Shown: in pieces, positions 60,755 through 64,000 of the stretch
How the letters are laid out: each line of letters begins with the position of its first letter
Position numbering within the stretch: the first letter of the stretch is position 1
From: an uncultured Verrucomicrobiae bacterium
GTDB lineage: Bacteria; Verrucomicrobiota; Verrucomicrobiia; Chthoniobacterales; Chthoniobacteraceae
Direction of reading: 5' to 3'
Length of the DNA: 64,000 bases
Assembly: GCA_963828525.1 (NCBI GenBank)
Contig: CAWHEP010000010.1
Location: 32,001-96,000 of the forward strand
Program-made: the position numbers and the translations under genes
Notes under the pieces: generated by a model
Database searches by the model: none
Seen by the model: only the letters and a program-made list of their open reading frames with translations
Told to the model about the DNA's origin: nothing

Positions 60755-63700
60755 CTACTCCGTCAGTGTCAGCCGTTTGACGCGACGAGATTCTCTCGAA
60801 ATGGCCTGAATTGCAGGAAGACGCCCCACCGCGGCAATGCTCGGCTCGGTGTCAGCCCCATCGCCAATCCCGCTGGCAGAAGAAAAAAGTCCGGCCACCT
60901 CTGCTGGATAGGCCTCCTCCAGACGCAAGGCAAGCGCGGCGATTGTCGGAGCCTCGAAGATGAGGCCCAGCGCGATCCTCCCGCTTACAAGCTGGCGAAG
61001 TTGGTTCACGATTCGCAGCGCCAGGAGAGAATCTCCCCCCAGGTCAAAGAAGTCGTCCTTCGCGCCGATCTTTTCGACGCCAAGAATGGGTTGCCAAATT
61101 TCAGCCAGTTTGCGCTCAAATGGTGTTTCGGGAGTCGCCGGTTCGGATCTCACCGAATTGTGTGAACGATCCGGGGCGGGCAAAGCATTCCTGTCAAGCT
61201 TGCCATTAGGGAGCTTCGGAAGCACTGCGAGCGTGACGAAGGCGGAGGGCACCATGTAATCGGGCAAAGCATCCCTCAGAGCCGCCAGCATTGTCGTCCC
61301 GGCGAGGCCGCTTGATCTCTGGTTCACGGGTATCGAGTCATCGAGGAACAGCCGCTCGTAAAATGGCGTGTGCTTGTAAACCTGTTTGTAGTGCCATGAA
61401 TCAAAAGCGAACGCATGCTCTCCACCTGCCGCGTGGCGCAAATGTCCCTCGACGCGGTAATCGCGGTTGAATCTGTTCGCGGCTAGCGAGCCGCGGACCG
61501 TGGCCCTGATCTCGTCACCGGCTCGCGCTTCAAGGCCCGGGTAGAAGGTGGGCAGATACACTGGTGGCCACGAATCCTCCCGATCCAGCGTCTCCAGTTC
61601 GGCGCCGGGCGCGGCCTCCAGCCTCAACCAGAGCAACAACCCATCTATAAAGCAGTCCTGTGTGATGCTAAGCCGGATCTCCCGCTCGTATTCGCTTGAT
61701 ACCGGCTGGCTAAAATCCATCGCCTCGAAGACGTCGCGCGTGGAGCGCAGCATGTCGCTCGTAGCCCCGGTTGCGCATACCCGAAGATCATGTTTGTAGC
61801 CCGCCGCGCGCCATGAATGTTCGGCATAGTTTGCCGCAAGCTCGTCGAAGGCCGGGGTTGCGAGAAACTCCACCGGCATTTGCACTGCTGCGACCCTGGT
61901 CTCGCATCGCGCCGGCACGAGAATTCCGCCAGGCGCCAGAAACCGGCGGGCATCATCCAACAAAATATCAGCGCCCTCCGCTCCTCCGATGTGCCCGATA
62001 TTCTCAGAGACGCATATATGCGCCTTTTCGGGTAACTCGACTTCCTGGGAACGCCCATGGATTACGATAATCCTGTCACTCAGGCCGAGCGACTCAACCA
62101 GGGCTTTCGCCTGCCTCGCAGGCTCCTCCAGCAGCTCAATCGCGTAAACCTTCCTCGCGCCCTCCTCGATCGCCATCCGCGCCAGCAAAGCGTCACGTCC
62201 TGTGCCGATGTCCACAACGACCTTGTCGCGCGCGGTTCCGGCAAAGGCGCGCCGGTAGCAGTCCAGACGCGCCTTGTCATGCGCCATCGCCGTGTAGAGC
62301 ACGTCATCGTAGAAAGCATCTCCGCCGCTCCCTGGAGTTGCCGGCCAGAGTTCAACCGCGGCGGCTTGCTTGCGCGCGATGTAGGCAACCAGGCGTTTGT
62401 CGCCGGGAGCATCTTCCCGGGAGACAACCGCGCAATCGAGAACATCCGGTTGCTGTCGCAGCACGGCCTCGATCTCACCTAGTTCGATCCGGAACCCCCG
62501 AATTTTGACCTGATGATCGATACGCCCCAAGTACTCGATCGCCGTTATCCCTTTGGAGTCAGTGCCTGCTCGGAACCGCGCAAGGTCTCCCGTCTTGTAG
62601 AGACGGCCTTCGCCGAATGGGTTGGCGACGAATTTTTCAGCCGTTAGATCCGGGCGCGCCAGGTAGCCTCGCGCAAGCTGGACACCTCCGATATGCAGCT
62701 CCCCCGAGCACCCAATCGGCACCGGCTGCATACCCTTGTCCAGGATGTAGATACTGGTGTTTGCGACGGGGCGGCCAATTGGAATGGTCGCCGAGTTTGC
62801 ATCGGGTTTGCATTTCCAATAAGTCACGTCCACAGCGGCTTCGGTAGGCCCGTAAAGGTTATGCAGCTCCACATCAGGCAGTGCTTCGAAGAAACGGTTC
62901 TGTGTTTCAGGCGAAAGAGCCTCCCCGCTGCAAATAACGCGCTTGAGCTTCGAACATTCGGAAGCGTCCTTGTCAGTCAGGAAGGCGCTCAACATCGACG
63001 GGACAAAGTGGAGCGTGGTGATGTTCTCGGCGCGTATCGTCTCGATCAGATAAGCGCTGTCGCCGTGCAGTTCGGGCTGCGCGACAACGAGACGAGCGCC
63101 AGTCATCAGCGGCCAGAAAAACTCCCATACTGAGACGTCAAAGGTGAACGGAGTCTTCTGAAGGATTGCGTCCTTGCTGGTAAGTGGATATTCCGCCTGC
63201 ATCCATTGCAGCCGATTGCAGATCGCCCTGTGCGTATTCATTGCGCCCTTGGGCTTTCCTGTTGAACCGGATGTGTAGATCACATAAGCGAGATCATCAG
63301 GACTCACTCCGCTGACAGCATTCCCGTCGTCGCCATCGCAAGGGTCGTCCAGACAGACAACCCGCGCGGGAAGATCAGGAATCCGGCTCAGGAAACGCTT
63401 CTGCGTCAGCAGCGCCACGGGGGCGGAATCCCGGAGCATAAACTCGAGACGCTCCCGGGGATAGCCGGGATCGATCGGGACGTAAGCTCCGCCCGCCTTT
63501 AATATGGCCAGAAGGCCTGCCACCATCTCCAGAGATCGCTCCGCGCAGATCGCGACGAGACTGTCTGGTTTGACTCCGAGGCTCTGCAATCTATGCGCCA
63601 GTTTGTTCGCTTCGCGATTTAGTTGACGATAGGTCAGCGTCGCACCGCCAAACACCACTGCTGGAGCATCCGGCGAACGTTCCACCTGCTCCTCGATATA

Positions 63701-64000
63701 CTTATGGAGGCAGGCGGTGCCGGGAAACTCTACCCGCGTATGGTTGAACTTTAGCAGAATCTCGTCCCGCTCCAGGTCGCTCAAGAGGGGAATTCGATCG
63801 ATGTTCTGGTTCGGATCAGCCGCTACGGAACCGAGCAGGGTCTGAAACTGCCCCAGCCAGCGTGTCGCCGTTTCCGGGCTGAAAGCATCTGAATGGTCGA
63901 GCTGGCAGATCAACTCGCCCCCGCGCTCGGCGATATTCAGCGCCAGATCAAAAGTGGAAGTTCCCGCCGGGTTCCTATGCGGGAAAGTATCAAAGGTGGC
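60755..64000 (-). CDS. NRPS, partial (5' end beyond window): end of C domain, A domain interrupted by a methyltransferase, PCP; no thioesterase
   Basis: Frame is open to 64000 (..STFDLALNIAE..). A3 YTSGSTGKPKG, A4 FDVSVWE, A5 NLYGPTE, A7 YKTGDL, A8 GRIDHQVKIRGFRIELGEIE, SAM motif VVDIGTG, A9 LPDYMVP, A10 NGKLDR, PCP FFDLGGDSL. Confidence 0.95.
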   Translation of the reverse strand, partial: ATFDTFPHRNPAGTSTFDLALNIAERGGELICQLDHSDAFSPETATRWLGQFQTLLGSVAADPNQNIDRIPLLSDLERDEILLKFNHTRVEFPGTACLHKYIEEQVERSPDAPAVVFGGATLTYRQLNREANKLAHRLQSLGVKPDSLVAICAERSLEMVAGLLAILKAGGAYVPIDPGYPRERLEFMLRDSAPVALLTQKRFLSRIPDLPARVVCLDDPCDGDDGNAVSGVSPDDLAYVIYTSGSTGKPKGAMNTHRAICNRLQWMQAEYPLTSKDAILQKTPFTFDVSVWEFFWPLMTGARLVVAQPELHGDSAYLIETIRAENITTLHFVPSMLSAFLTDKDASECSKLKRVICSGEALSPETQNRFFEALPDVELHNLYGPTEAAVDVTYWKCKPDANSATIPIGRPVANTSIYILDKGMQPVPIGCSGELHIGGVQLARGYLARPDLTAEKFVANPFGEGRLYKTGDLARFRAGTDSKGITAIEYLGRIDHQVKIRGFRIELGEIEAVLRQQPDVLDCAVVSREDAPGDKRLVAYIARKQAAAVELWPATPGSGGDAFYDDVLYTAMAHDKARLDCYRRAFAGTARDKVVVDIGTGRDALLARMAIEEGARKVYAIELLEEPARQAKALVESLGLSDRIIVIHGRSQEVELPEKAHICVSENIGHIGGAEGADILLDDARRFLAPGGILVPARCETRVAAVQMPVEFLATPAFDELAANYAEHSWRAAGYKHDLRVCATGATSDMLRSTRDVFEAMDFSQPVSSEYEREIRLSITQDCFIDGLLLWLRLEAAPGAELETLDREDSWPPVYLPTFYPGLEARAGDEIRATVRGSLAANRFNRDYRVEGHLRHAAGGEHAFAFDSWHYKQVYKHTPFYERLFLDDSIPVNQRSSGLAGTTMLAALRDALPDYMVPSAFVTLAVLPKLPNGKLDRNALPAPDRSHNSVRSEPATPETPFERKLAEIWQPILGVEKIGAKDDFFDLGGDSLLALRIVNQLRQLVSGRIALGLIFEAPTIAALALRLEEAYPAEVAGLFSSASGIGDGADTEPSIAAVGRLPAIQAISRESRRVKRLTLTE

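Noticed and set aside
1..64000. CRISPR arrays, IS elements, integrases, rRNA, riboswitches
   Set aside because: No regularly spaced repeats, transposase or integrase motifs, or recognisable structured RNA other than tRNA-Pro were seen by eye. A covariance-model scan was not possible.

Overview
GC-rich bacterial chromosome segment. Gene content and style suggest Verrucomicrobiota (Chthoniobacterales-like); this is an inference. About 55 genes and one tRNA-Pro(GGG) were found, with no CRISPR array, rRNA or transposase. At least 11 genes, including normally essential dxs, carry small frameshifts, so the sequence looks like an unpolished long-read assembly. Most content is ordinary: sugar catabolism, two-component systems, degP, recQ, PBP1A, bioA, dxs, xseB, a desaturase and a DEAD-box helicase. 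Five things stand out. (1) A five-gene signalling operon at 54.9-60.6 kb: a coiled-coil protein, a membrane protein with a longin/roadblock-like cytoplasmic domain plus periplasmic BON-like repeats and an OmpA domain, a Rab-like small GTPase, a His-less pseudo histidine kinase, and a receiver-metallo-beta-lactamase hydrolase. (2) A signal-peptide/FN3 protein with a polymorphic-toxin-like nuclease tip, whose overlapping Cys-rich immunity-like partner is fused in frame to a beta-carbonic anhydrase (7.8-9.4 kb). (3) A Ser-type NRPS A domain interrupted by a PRMT-fold methyltransferase. (4) A family-B DNA polymerase with all three proofreading motifs degenerate. (5) A porin/FMN-binding/ApbE/cytochrome-b flavinylation module behind a Fur-like box. 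All family assignments come from motif recognition by eye; no searches were run.
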